A stretch of 56,229 nucleotides of DNA, taken from contig JAADDR010000063.1 in NCBI GenBank assembly GCA_013153865.1, forward strand, positions 1-56,229. The letters run 5' to 3'. The stretch is from Chlorobiota bacterium (GTDB taxonomy: Bacteria; Bacteroidota; Bacteroidia; Bacteroidales; JAADGE01). The notes under the pieces were generated by a model. That model was not told where the DNA came from. It did not search any database and was given only the letters and a program-made list of their open reading frames with translations. Both the position numbers and the translations under genes were made by a program. Shown in pieces: positions 17,539 to 29,163 of this stretch. How positions within the stretch are numbered: position 1 is the stretch's first letter; every line of letters begins with the position of its first letter.

Positions 17539-19830
17539 TTATTGTCTTGATATTATAAGTTTTTTAATTATTTTGTTGTTTTTTGTTTTTATCTCTGCAA
17601 AATATGTTCCGCTTTTTAATTTTGATATGTTAATAAATTGGTTACCGGAAACATTTTTTTCGTGAAGCATCATCTTTCCCGTTACATTAAATATTTTTAC
17701 ATCGGCGTTTTTTACATTTAGAATCTTTATTTTATCAAAAGCAGGATTCGGATAAACGGAAATATTTTCAAGATTTTTATCTTCAACGGAAATTACATAT
17801 TCCAAGTCCGTAAGTTTTAATTGAACGGCATTTCTTACGGTTCTGTCGTTTACGTTTCCGTTGTTTATGTCGCTTACGAGAGCAACTAAGTATAATTGTT
17901 CTGTATTCCAATTATCGTTTAAGGAATAAGAATATGTTTTTTCGTAGTAATCACCGGCATTTGTTGATGTGGTTATTTCGTCGCCGAGTCTTTCCGAAAC
18001 GGCATCTCTTGTTGCATACCTGTGAATCCAATTGTCTGCCCCTGCTTGATTGTTTGCCGGAATGCTGTCTTCTGTTATCCATAAAGAAACGCCGACGGTG
18101 TGTGAAACATCTTGCAGAAAATTACCGCTTACGGTAACGTTAATATTTCCGTTATCCGAATATGTTCCGTCAATATTTACGGTAACTTCCGCGGGAACCA
18201 TATAGCGGCTGTCTATTCTGTTTGTTCCGAAATTATCGCCGTCCCAAAAAACCGGACCGGGATCAACGCCTCCGTAATTATCGTTATCAAGTCCGTTATA
18301 TTCTCTGTCGAACATTCCCGCAGGGGCATAAGTGCTTTCTCCACTGTTGAAAAACTCCAAATGAGCGGTATTTTCGGGAATAGTAAGCCAATCGGTATAA
18401 TATCCGGAATGGTGGCACATCATTATAAAATAAGGATTTTCGGAAAAATGCTCTTCAAGAGTTGTAAGAACCGGAGGGCAATTCGGGCATTGCTCAGTGG
18501 TAAATTGTTCTAAAAGAACATATCTTTGTGTTTTGCTGTTTGAGACTTCAATGCTTTTGCTTACGGAATTATTATTTGTATTTGTTTCGCCGCCTCCGTT
18601 TACGTTAGAGATAACGGCTGTTACGGTATAATTCCCTTCCGCATTGAAACTGTATGGAACATCATGAGTAAATGTATATGATTCGTTATAAGGAATATTT
18701 ACTCCGGTAACGCTGTAAACGGAACTTTCGTCTCCTCCGTCAATATTATATGTTACGTCAAAAGATGTTATATCGTTTTCACCTCTGTTAATTATTTTAC
18801 CTTTTACGGTAATATTTTCTTCGGGAGTACAATAAAGAGGAGTGAATAATTTTTCTGCAAAAACGTCCAATTCGTTTATAACCGTAATATTTTTTGTTAA
18901 GGTATCATTTGCCGTGTTATCATCGTTTCCGTTCCCGTTTATATTTGAACACCATACCGAAAGAGTATAATTGCCGGATACAGCATTCCATTGAGTGCCG
19001 TGCGTAAATGAATAACTCTCGCCGGCATTAATATTTGTATTAATATTTTCTGTTTGTACCGTTCCGTTATCAACCTGCCAATTAAGGTCAAAAGAATTGA
19101 TTTGATTTGTTCCGAAGTTCATTAAAACTCCCGTTATGTCAACAGGTCCTTCGGAAACAATATCATTTGTCGTTATGCTTGTAAGTGCTGCATCATAGGC
19201 CGGAGCATCACCTATTCCTGCTTTAATGTTCCAATTATAAGTTAAAGTTGATGACAGGTCATTTAAATGAGTCCAAGAACCGTTCCATATCATAAAATTT
19301 CCGTCATTGTTTACAGGTCCGTCATCACTGCTTGCAGGATATCCTCCGGAAAAATCTCCGAAATATCCTATCATTAAATCTTTTGAGGCATCTATTACAT
19401 ACGGCGGTGCTAAAAAAACGGTAGTCCAATCGCCGTCGGGATTAGGAGTAAAAGATTGTGAAACAACCGGGGTTCCGGGAGTTCCCGATCCGGATTCTTC
19501 GTATATTCTAAGTTCGCAGGAATTGACATATTCCGGCTGGCTTATGAGAACCATTACTTCTTGAATTTGTCTTCCGTCGTGGGCGGTAAGAGAAGATGCC
19601 GGAATATGAATAAAACACCCGAAACTCGCTGCACTTCCTGTTCCTATTGAATGAGCGGGATCTCCGCAATAATAAATCCAGTCTGTTACTGTTCGTGAGG
19701 AATTTTCAGGCGATTTAATCTCATTTTTAATTTTTGTTTGATAAAATAAATTGTTTTTTGTTCTTTGTGAAAAAGATGTTGTAGTATAAATAAAAAACAA
19801 CGAAATAAAAAGAAATGTAAATTTTTTCAT
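17539..19830 (-). CDS. Large T9SS cargo protein: N-terminal domain, two tandem Ig/CARDB-like repeats, Omp28-like thioredoxin-fold domain, T9SS CTD
   Basis: It has a signal peptide and two ~105-aa internal repeats. The segment VLLEQFTTEQCPNCPP parallels the CPNCP motif of the 13648-14490 lipoprotein. The C-terminal SVYPNPAFDKIKIL...GTYFAEIKTKNNKIIKKLIISRQ is a T9SS sorting domain. Confidence 0.75.
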   Translation of the reverse strand: MKKFTFLFISLFFIYTTTSFSQRTKNNLFYQTKIKNEIKSPENSSRTVTDWIYYCGDPAHSIGTGSAASFGCFIHIPASSLTAHDGRQIQEVMVLISQPEYVNSCELRIYEESGSGTPGTPVVSQSFTPNPDGDWTTVFLAPPYVIDASKDLMIGYFGDFSGGYPASSDDGPVNNDGNFMIWNGSWTHLNDLSSTLTYNWNIKAGIGDAPAYDAALTSITTNDIVSEGPVDITGVLMNFGTNQINSFDLNWQVDNGTVQTENINTNINAGESYSFTHGTQWNAVSGNYTLSVWCSNINGNGNDDNTANDTLTKNITVINELDVFAEKLFTPLYCTPEENITVKGKIINRGENDITSFDVTYNIDGGDESSVYSVTGVNIPYNESYTFTHDVPYSFNAEGNYTVTAVISNVNGGGETNTNNNSVSKSIEVSNSKTQRYVLLEQFTTEQCPNCPPVLTTLEEHFSENPYFIMMCHHSGYYTDWLTIPENTAHLEFFNSGESTYAPAGMFDREYNGLDNDNYGGVDPGPVFWDGDNFGTNRIDSRYMVPAEVTVNIDGTYSDNGNINVTVSGNFLQDVSHTVGVSLWITEDSIPANNQAGADNWIHRYATRDAVSERLGDEITTSTNAGDYYEKTYSYSLNDNWNTEQLYLVALVSDINNGNVNDRTVRNAVQLKLTDLEYVISVEDKNLENISVYPNPAFDKIKILNVKNADVKIFNVTGKMMLHEKNVSGNQFINISKLKSGTYFAEIKTKNNKIIKKLIISRQ

Positions 19831-19892
19831 TACGGAATAATTTAAGAGTTAATTCTCTTTTTTGATAGAAGATAGATAAAAGGTTGCATTTT

Positions 19893-20600
19893 TTATTTAA
19901 ATAAATGCTTTATTTTATATTTCAGTCCCGTCCAACCTGTTTTTCTTCCGTAAGGAGATTCGCTTTTGTAGTTAAATTGCCATGATAAGCCGAAGTTAAG
20001 AGTATTGAAGCTCATATCTCTCGCTTGTCCGTTTTTGTAAATATTTCTCATGCTTATGTAATATCTGACAAAAACATCCAAAGCTTTAAATTGAAATCCG
20101 GCATTTCCAATGAATCCGTATTCGTAATTATTGTTTTCAAAGTCGTAGTAATAGACGGGGTCGGTGTCATGGTTATTTACGGTTAAAGACAAATATCTGT
20201 CTGTTTTCAGCAAAAGAGAGATTTGCCCTCCTAAACCGATGTGCCAGAAAATAAATTCGTATCCTTGTTTAAATTTTAAGAAAACGGGAACTGATAAATA
20301 ATAATCTTTTTCGTTAACGGTAAGCAAACTGTTATCAAGCAGAGGTACGGGTTCCGAGAATTCGAAATTAAATAAAGAAAAGTTAATTTCGCTTTGTGCC
20401 GACAGATGTTCGCCTATGCGATTATCAAGATATAATCCGCCGAAATATCCCGTTTTTTTATTATACGAATCGGGTTTATCGGCACCGAATAATCCTGTTT
20501 TGTTTATTCCGCCGGAAATACCGTATCTTACAAATTGTCCTGATGCGTTTGAAAAAAATATCAGAATAAAAAATGCGGAATAAAAAAAAATCTTTTTCAT
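19893..20600 (-). CDS. Small outer-membrane beta-barrel protein (porin-family/PorT-like size class)
   Basis: It is 235 aa with a signal peptide and the segment YGISGGINKTGLFG. The pattern is alternating strands rich in aromatic residues. Confidence 0.6.
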   Translation of the reverse strand: MKKIFFYSAFFILIFFSNASGQFVRYGISGGINKTGLFGADKPDSYNKKTGYFGGLYLDNRIGEHLSAQSEINFSLFNFEFSEPVPLLDNSLLTVNEKDYYLSVPVFLKFKQGYEFIFWHIGLGGQISLLLKTDRYLSLTVNNHDTDPVYYYDFENNNYEYGFIGNAGFQFKALDVFVRYYISMRNIYKNGQARDMSFNTLNFGLSWQFNYKSESPYGRKTGWTGLKYKIKHLFK

Positions 20601-20695
20601 TAATGAATTTAATAAATAATTACAAAATTATATCTTTGACAAAATTTCAATTCTGAAACAAAAATAATATTTAATTTAAAATTTGCCGTTAAACC

Positions 20696-22213
20696 GTGAA
20701 AATTATAAATAAAATAGTAAATAAAGTTACACAAAAACGGCTTTTGCAGATAGAAAATTTCAAAAAAGATCCGGTATCTGTTCAATACAAGCTGTTGCAA
20801 AATCTTACGGAATCGGCAAAAAACACGATTTTCGGAAAAGAACACAATTTTTCGGAAATTTCAGATAATTTTTCCGCGAAAAAATTTCAAGATAAAGTGC
20901 CGGTAAGAGATTATACCGCATTAAAACCTTATATCGACAGAATAAGAAACGGAGAAAACAATGTTTTGTGGCACAGTCCTGTTAAATGGTTTGCAGTATC
21001 TTCCGGAACAACATCCGATAAAAGCAAATTTATTCCGGTAAGCAGAGAAGCTCTTGAAGACAACCATTTCAGAGGCGGGAAGGACATTATAATTGTTTAT
21101 TCAAGTCAATACGAAGACACTAAACTCGTAAAAAGCAAATCGTTGGTTATAGGCGGAAGCAGGCAAATAAGCACTTTTGACAATAATTTGTATTACGGTG
21201 ATTTATCAGCGGTTATAATAGAAAATCTCCCTGTATGGTCTCATTTTTTAAGAACACCGAGAAAAGAAACGGCTTTAATGCCCGAGTGGGAAGAAAAACT
21301 GCAAAAGATGGCTGAAGAAACAATATACGAAAATGTTACGAGTATTACCGGAGTGCCTTCGTGGACTCTGGTTTTATTGAAATATATTTTGGAAAAGACG
21401 GGAAAAAATAATATAGCGGAGATATGGCCCGATTTTGAGTTGTTTATTCACGGAGGCGTTAGTTTTAAACCTTATCGTGATATATTTAAAAAGATAATGC
21501 CCCCCGGAACCCGTTACCTCGAGACTTATAATGCATCAGAGGGTTTTTTTGCTTTTCAGGATGATTTAAGCAGCGATGATATGTTACTTGTATTGGATAC
21601 GGGTATTTTTTACGAATTTATACCGCTTTCGGAAATTTTTGACGAAAATCCTCCGGTATATACGGTCGAAAATGTCAAAAAAGATGTAAATTATGCTCTC
21701 GTTATAACCACGAACAGCGGACTTTGGCGCTACATAATAGGAGATACGGTTCGATTCACGTCTTTATTCCCTCATAAAATAAAAATAACCGGGCGTATAA
21801 AACATTTCATAAATGCTTTCGGCGAAGAATTGATTATAGAGAATGCCGAAAAAGCATTAAACGAAGCAACAAAAAAAACAAATTCGGAAATAAAAGAATT
21901 TACCGCCGCACCTGTTTACATTTCGGATAAAAATACCGGAGCGCATCAGTGGTTGATTGAATTTGTGAAAAAACCGGAAGACATCAAAAAATTTGCCGAA
22001 ATTCTTGACGAAGAACTTAAAAAAGTAAACTCGGATTATGCCGCAAAACGTCATAAAGATTTAACATTAAGAATGCCGGAAGTTATAGAAGCAAGAGAAA
22101 ATTTGTTTTACGATTGGCTGAAAAAGAAAGGAAAACTCGGCGGACAAAATAAAATACCGAGACTTGCAAATAACCGTATTTACATCGACGAATTGTTGCA
22201 AATGAATAATTAG
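20696..22213 (+). CDS. GH3 (auxin-responsive promoter) family adenylate-forming enzyme
   Basis: It is ~505 aa with a GTG start. The segments WFAVSSGTTSDKSKFIPVS, YNASEGFFAFQD and WRYIIGDTVRF match the bacterial GH3 family pattern. Confidence 0.8.
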   Translation: MKIINKIVNKVTQKRLLQIENFKKDPVSVQYKLLQNLTESAKNTIFGKEHNFSEISDNFSAKKFQDKVPVRDYTALKPYIDRIRNGENNVLWHSPVKWFAVSSGTTSDKSKFIPVSREALEDNHFRGGKDIIIVYSSQYEDTKLVKSKSLVIGGSRQISTFDNNLYYGDLSAVIIENLPVWSHFLRTPRKETALMPEWEEKLQKMAEETIYENVTSITGVPSWTLVLLKYILEKTGKNNIAEIWPDFELFIHGGVSFKPYRDIFKKIMPPGTRYLETYNASEGFFAFQDDLSSDDMLLVLDTGIFYEFIPLSEIFDENPPVYTVENVKKDVNYALVITTNSGLWRYIIGDTVRFTSLFPHKIKITGRIKHFINAFGEELIIENAEKALNEATKKTNSEIKEFTAAPVYISDKNTGAHQWLIEFVKKPEDIKKFAEILDEELKKVNSDYAAKRHKDLTLRMPEVIEARENLFYDWLKKKGKLGGQNKIPRLANNRIYIDELLQMNN

Positions 22214-22218
22214 TTCGT

Positions 22219-23013
22219 ATGCCGAAAATATATACATTTATATTTTTTGTTGTTTTTTGCGGATTTGGTCGGGATGTTCGACCGAAACCCGTTGTTAATT
22301 CGGTTTCGGATAAATTATATGCCGATAATTTTGATAATGTTTACTCCGTGTGCGGAGCATCTTTAATAAAATACGATTCGTCAGGAGAGCAAAAAGCTGT
22401 TTTTGACAGTCCTTACGCCGAAAAAATAACCTTTATAGATACAGGAGATCCTTTAAAAATACCTGTTTTTTACGAAAATATTAATCGTATAATTTTTCTC
22501 GATAACAAGTTGACTGTTTGTGCGAATAATGTTAACCTTTCGGATTTAGGCATATACGGAAAAGCATTAATATGCAGAAACGAAACCGGAGGATTATGGG
22601 CTGTTGATGTTTACGAAAGCAAATTATTTAAATTTGATGTCGAGTTTAATTTATTATTTGAGAAGACTCTTTTCGAGATTTCCGACAATATTGTTTTTGT
22701 TGCGGCAAACACCCGGTTTTTGTTTTTACGAACCGAAAAAAACGATGTCTTTGTTTTTGACAATAACGGTAATTTTCTTTTTAAAACCAAACAAAAAATA
22801 TCATTTGATTTTCAGATATGCGATAATCTTTTAAGTTATTTTGACGTAAACGAAAATGCTTTTAAAGAATATGACTTTACCGAAGATACTTTTTTTATTA
22901 CAAAATTTTCGGATAAAATAAAATTTTACGATGCGGTAAAATCTCCCGGTTATTTGTTTTTATCCGATAAGAAACAAATATATTCCGTAAGTATAAAATC
23001 AATGAAAGAATAA
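22219..23013 (+). CDS. Hypothetical protein, beta-rich and possibly propeller-like
   Basis: The 264-aa ORF starts 5 nt after the GH3 gene. It has a hydrophobic N-terminus and repeated short beta-strand/turn segments (e.g. DVFVFDNNGNFLF). I recognise no family. Confidence 0.55.
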   Translation: MPKIYTFIFFVVFCGFGRDVRPKPVVNSVSDKLYADNFDNVYSVCGASLIKYDSSGEQKAVFDSPYAEKITFIDTGDPLKIPVFYENINRIIFLDNKLTVCANNVNLSDLGIYGKALICRNETGGLWAVDVYESKLFKFDVEFNLLFEKTLFEISDNIVFVAANTRFLFLRTEKNDVFVFDNNGNFLFKTKQKISFDFQICDNLLSYFDVNENAFKEYDFTEDTFFITKFSDKIKFYDAVKSPGYLFLSDKKQIYSVSIKSMKE

Positions 23014-24231
23014 ATAAGCAATGATAATTGCGGCAACAATTCCGACAAAATCGGCAATTAAACCCGCCGTAACGGCATAACGCGTGTTTTTAATCCCGAC
23101 CGAGCCGAAATACACGGCAATTATATAAAAAGTGGTATCCGTGGCACCCTGAACGACAGATGCCGTTTTTCCGGCAAAAGAATCGGCACCGTATGTTTTC
23201 ATTATATCAATCATCATTCCTCTTGCTCCGCTTCCGCTTAGGGGTTTCATCAGTGCCGCGGGCAATGCATCTGTAAAATCTGTATTTATTCCAGCCGATT
23301 TAAAAATAAACGCAAATCCGGAAATCAAATAATCCATTGCTCCGGATGCCCTGAATACACCTATTGCTACAAGTATGGCAATCAGATAAGGTATTATTTT
23401 TACGGCAATTGCAAAACCTTCTTTTCCGCCTTCCGTAAAAGCTTCGTAAACATTAATTTTTTTAACGGCTGCAAGTATTATAAACAAAATTATTATGCCG
23501 AATAAAATTAAATTACTTGCAACCGAAGATATGTCCGCAATTTTATCTTTGGGAAGTTGTTGCAGATACCATATTATACCGAAAACAACGGCACTTATGC
23601 TTCCGAGATAAGCTAAAACGGTTTTGTCGAACAAATTTATTTTTTGATATATCGAAACGGTAATTAAACCTGCGAGAGTAGAAAAGAATGTTGCCAGCAG
23701 TATAGGAATAAAAATATCGGAAGGGTCCGCAGCTCCGAGCTGTGCCCTGTAAACCATTACGCTTACCGGAATAATGGTAAGACCGGAAGTGTTTAAAACC
23801 AAAAACATAATTTGTGAGTCCGAAGCCGTATTTTTATCCGGATTTGTTTTTTGCAGTTGTTTCATTGCTTCGAGCCCGGCAGGTGTTGCCGCATTATCCA
23901 GTCCGAGCATGTTAGCCGCTATGTTCATCATTATAGAACCGTATGCCGGATGGTCTTTTCCGAGTTCGGGAAATATTTTGCGAAAAAAAGGATTTATTAA
24001 TTTTGAAAGTATTTTTATGACACCGCCTTTTTCTCCTATTTTCATAATGCCGAGCCATAAAGTTAAAACTCCGGTAAGTCCGAGAGATATTTCAAATCCG
24101 GTTTTTGCAGATTCGAAAGTGCTTTGCACCATTTCCGGAAAAACGCTCAAATCTCCGAAAAAAATTAATTTTATAAGACCAACCGCAAATGCAATAATAA
24201 AAAAAGCAATCCAAATATAATTTAATGCCAC
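22999..24231 (-). CDS. Nucleoside-recognition-domain membrane protein (fused SpmA/SpmB-like)
   Basis: It is 410 aa and polytopic. The N-terminus MALNYIWIAFFIIAFAVGLIKL...GLTGVLTLWLGIMKIGEKGG is typical of the SpmA/SpmB family. Confidence 0.8.
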   Translation of the reverse strand: MALNYIWIAFFIIAFAVGLIKLIFFGDLSVFPEMVQSTFESAKTGFEISLGLTGVLTLWLGIMKIGEKGGVIKILSKLINPFFRKIFPELGKDHPAYGSIMMNIAANMLGLDNAATPAGLEAMKQLQKTNPDKNTASDSQIMFLVLNTSGLTIIPVSVMVYRAQLGAADPSDIFIPILLATFFSTLAGLITVSIYQKINLFDKTVLAYLGSISAVVFGIIWYLQQLPKDKIADISSVASNLILFGIIILFIILAAVKKINVYEAFTEGGKEGFAIAVKIIPYLIAILVAIGVFRASGAMDYLISGFAFIFKSAGINTDFTDALPAALMKPLSGSGARGMMIDIMKTYGADSFAGKTASVVQGATDTTFYIIAVYFGSVGIKNTRYAVTAGLIADFVGIVAAIIIAYLFFH

Positions 24232-24296
24232 CGGTTTTAGTTTTTTTACAAAAATAAAATAATATTTCTTTTACCTTTGCATTTTCCGAAAACAAA

Positions 24297-25775
24297 ATGG
24301 GAGTTATTGCAAAACAGTCGATAAAAGGTTCGGTATATACTTATGCCGGAGCTTTAACGGGATTTATAAATACGGGATTGCTTATGCCCGAATTTTTTGC
24401 TCCCGAGCAAATAGGTCTCGTAAATTTGCTTATAGCTTTTACTTTAATTTTTTCTCAACTCGGTAATCTGGGATTTTCGGGTGTTATAACCAGATTATTT
24501 CCGTATTTCAGAAACAACGAAAAAAAACATAACGGTATATTAACTCTCGGATTATTAATTTCCGTTGCCGGATTTTTACTGACTTTGCTGCTGTTTTTTA
24601 TTTCCGAAAAATATCTTGTTAAGAGTAATTACAAAACATCGGAATTACTTTCGGATAATATTTTTTATGTTCCGGTTCTGACATTTTTTATGATATTGTT
24701 TTATCTGTTCGATAATTACAATAAAGTATTGTTTGATGCCGTTTCGGGAATCTTTTTAAGAGAGTTTTTTGTCCGCCTTGCCGATTTGTTTATAATTATT
24801 CTGTATATTTTCGATTATATCGATTTTAAAACATTCGTATTTTGGTATATCGTAATATTTGCTTTGCCTTCGGTTATACTTATGTTTATTTTGATTAAGC
24901 GAAAGGTGTTTTACTTAACCGGAATTAATAAAAATCTGCTTTTAAAATTAAAAAAAGAAATCATAGGCATAAGTTTATTTTGGATTCTTTCCGGATTTGC
25001 GGGTATAGCCGTTCAGTCCATAGATAAATACATGACAAATTATTATCTGGGATTGGCGGCGTCCGGGATATATGCGGTAACTTTTTATTTCGGAATGCTG
25101 GTTATTATGCCGGCGCGTTCGCTTCGTAAAATATCTTCCGTTATTATTGCCGAAGCATGGAAAAAAAATGACATTAAAACAATTTCCGAGATTTACGAAA
25201 AAAGTTCCGTAAATTTATTTATCGCGGGTTCTCTTGTTGTTATCGGATTGTGGGTAAATATTGATAATATTTTTGAAATAATACCTGAATATGCAGCCGG
25301 CAAATATGTTGTTTTGTTTATTTCGCTTTTGAGTTTGGCTGACATGTCTTCCGGAACGGCAGCCGCAATTATAGGTAATTCCGGGTATTATAAAATTAAT
25401 GCTTACGTTATGTTTTTTACTTTGTTAAGCATAATAATCACAAATTATTTTTTTATAAATTTATGGGGATTAAAAGGTGCGGCGTTTGCTTCGTTTATTT
25501 CTGTTTCTTTTGCGGTATTTTTTCGTTTTTTGTTTCTTTATAAAAAATATAAACTTCAACCTTATTCTCTCAGGCATGTTAAAATTTTATTTACCGGGCT
25601 TTTAACTTTATTTGTTAACTTTTTAATTCCGGAAATTGATAATGTTTTTGCCGATATTGTCGTAAGATCGTTTGCCGTATCCGTTGTTTTTGCAAGTTTG
25701 ATATATTTTTTTAAGGTTTCCGAAGATGTTAATTCTTTTGTTTTAAAAATAATCGATAAATTAAAATCTTCTTAA
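24297..25775 (+). CDS. Polysaccharide/oligosaccharide flippase (MOP/Wzx-like) family membrane protein
   Basis: It is 492 aa with about 12-14 TM helices. The N-terminus KQSIKGSVYTYAGALTGFINTGLLMP is typical of the polysaccharide biosynthesis protein family. Confidence 0.7.
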   Translation: MGVIAKQSIKGSVYTYAGALTGFINTGLLMPEFFAPEQIGLVNLLIAFTLIFSQLGNLGFSGVITRLFPYFRNNEKKHNGILTLGLLISVAGFLLTLLLFFISEKYLVKSNYKTSELLSDNIFYVPVLTFFMILFYLFDNYNKVLFDAVSGIFLREFFVRLADLFIIILYIFDYIDFKTFVFWYIVIFALPSVILMFILIKRKVFYLTGINKNLLLKLKKEIIGISLFWILSGFAGIAVQSIDKYMTNYYLGLAASGIYAVTFYFGMLVIMPARSLRKISSVIIAEAWKKNDIKTISEIYEKSSVNLFIAGSLVVIGLWVNIDNIFEIIPEYAAGKYVVLFISLLSLADMSSGTAAAIIGNSGYYKINAYVMFFTLLSIIITNYFFINLWGLKGAAFASFISVSFAVFFRFLFLYKKYKLQPYSLRHVKILFTGLLTLFVNFLIPEIDNVFADIVVRSFAVSVVFASLIYFFKVSEDVNSFVLKIIDKLKSS

Positions 25776-26579
25776 ATCGGAATATTTAAACTGCCATTCC
25801 GGTATTTTTAAATTTTCGGTATCTGTAAAGTTATACCAAGGTGATATGTCCGGATTATTAAGATTTTTAACAATGTGTATTTCTTGTGCCGGCATATAAC
25901 TTTGTGCAAGCATAAAGATTATTTGTCCTTTATCGTTTTTTGCCGCGTCAACAACAATTACCGCATGCCCGTAAGGTTTGCCGCTTTGTATGAATACATC
26001 TCCCGGTTTAATGTTTTTTTCGGGATTGCTGACCGGTGTAAGTTCTTTTTTTAAAGAAGATGTGTTGGCATACGAAAAAATATAATTCATATAATTTCTG
26101 AAAGTTTTATACGAACGGTCGTTTCCGGCATATGATATATAATAATGCGGCTTGCCGTCGCTTAAAAAGTTAAAATGAATGCTTTCGTAATTTTCTTGGG
26201 CATATAAATATTCGGCACGCAAACGCATTACGGCATCGGCACATTGCTGTAAATCTCTTTTCCCGACATCGAATTTTAAAACGGCAAAATGCAAATCCTG
26301 ATTGTATTTTAAACTGCCGTCATACAAGCGAAGTTTATTATTTTCGGTTTTTAATTTAACGTTTCCGAGCCAAAATCCGAAACTTCCCGAATCAAGTTTT
26401 ATTCTGTGATATCCTTCCGGAAGCGGAATTGATTTTATATCGGGATATTTTGCTTTTTCTTGTAATTCAATGCGGTATTTTAAATTGTTATTCGAATAAG
26501 TATCAATTTTTTTATTTTGAGAATTACATGCGGAAGCAAACAGCACGAAAAATAAAAATATTATATTAATGAATTTCAT
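25761..26579 (-). CDS. Secreted/lipoprotein of unknown function (DUF4846-like)
   Basis: It has a signal with Cys (FVLFASAC) and is 272 aa. The core PGDVFIQSGKPYGHAVIVVD is reminiscent of papain-like/amidase folds. The family assignment is from memory only. Confidence 0.5.
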   Translation of the reverse strand: MKFINIIFLFFVLFASACNSQNKKIDTYSNNNLKYRIELQEKAKYPDIKSIPLPEGYHRIKLDSGSFGFWLGNVKLKTENNKLRLYDGSLKYNQDLHFAVLKFDVGKRDLQQCADAVMRLRAEYLYAQENYESIHFNFLSDGKPHYYISYAGNDRSYKTFRNYMNYIFSYANTSSLKKELTPVSNPEKNIKPGDVFIQSGKPYGHAVIVVDAAKNDKGQIIFMLAQSYMPAQEIHIVKNLNNPDISPWYNFTDTENLKIPEWQFKYSDLRRF

Positions 26580-26631
26580 TATATTTTATTTAAAGGGCAG
26601 TATTAAAATTTTTTCTTGTTTTATTTCATAA

Positions 26632-28158
<1,527 letters not shown>

Positions 28159-28255
28159 ATTAAGACCCTGCAGGGTTTGTTTTGATTATTTTGCCCGAAA
28201 TTTTTATCAGTTACGGCATATATCAAACAATAGTTGCATTTAGAAAATACGATAA

Positions 28256-29146
28256 ATGAACCCGAACCAAAAAAAAGCATACATTTATGCAATATCGGCG
28301 GTATTACTGTGGTCAACGGTTGCCGTATCGTTTAAAATCGCTTTAAGATATGTTGATTTTTTGCAATTATTGCTTTTTGCATCCTTTACGGCAATTATTG
28401 TTTACATTATTATTGCATTTATCGACGGAACTTTCGGCGAATTATTCAAAACAAACAAATATGAACTTTTATATTCGGCATTTGTCGGATTTTTAAATCC
28501 TTTTTTATACTATGTTGTTTTATTTAAAGCATATTCTTTGCTTCCGGCACAAATAGCGCAACCGCTCAATTATCTTTGGCCTGCCGTTTTGGTATTGCTG
28601 TCGGCGCCTTTACTCGGCGAAAAACTTAAATTTTTAAACATATTGTCTCTTTTTGTCGGATTTACCGGCGTATATATAATTTCTACGCGAGGAAATTTTT
28701 TCGGCTTTAAGATAGAACAACCTCTCGGCGTGGCTCTTGCCGCAGGAAGCTCCGTTATTTGGGCATTTTCGTGGATTTTTAATCAAAAAGACAAACGCAG
28801 CGAGCAAAAAAAACTGTTTTGGAACTTTATTTTCGGATTTTTTTATACGCTTATTGCCGTTTTACTTTTTTCAGAATTAAAATTGCCCGAAATAAAAGGA
28901 ATATTTGCCGTTATGTATGTAGGTCTTTTCGAAACCGGAATAACTTTCTTTTTTTGGCTTAAAGCGCTACAACTAACCGAGCGAAACGATAAAATAAGCA
29001 ACCTGATATTTTTTTCCCCTTTTCTTGCTTTAATTTTTATACATTTTGTATTAGGAGAAAAAATTTTTTACACTACTTATATAGGATTAATTTTAATTAT
29101 CGCGGGAATTTTTATTTCAAAAATTGAATTAAAATCAAAAAAATAA
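28256..29146 (+). CDS. DMT superfamily (EamA-like) transporter
   Basis: It is 296 aa with ten TM helices arranged as two EamA-like halves. Confidence 0.8.
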   Translation: MNPNQKKAYIYAISAVLLWSTVAVSFKIALRYVDFLQLLLFASFTAIIVYIIIAFIDGTFGELFKTNKYELLYSAFVGFLNPFLYYVVLFKAYSLLPAQIAQPLNYLWPAVLVLLSAPLLGEKLKFLNILSLFVGFTGVYIISTRGNFFGFKIEQPLGVALAAGSSVIWAFSWIFNQKDKRSEQKKLFWNFIFGFFYTLIAVLLFSELKLPEIKGIFAVMYVGLFETGITFFFWLKALQLTERNDKISNLIFFSPFLALIFIHFVLGEKIFYTTYIGLILIIAGIFISKIELKSKK

Positions 29147-29163
29147 ACATTTTTACGGAAAAA

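Noticed and set aside
28165-28176. Palindrome accctgcagggt after glpK as a terminator
   Set aside because: Once a loop is allowed, only about 4 bp of stem remains, and the downstream tract (ttgttttg) is weak. It is not convincing enough to list as a feature.
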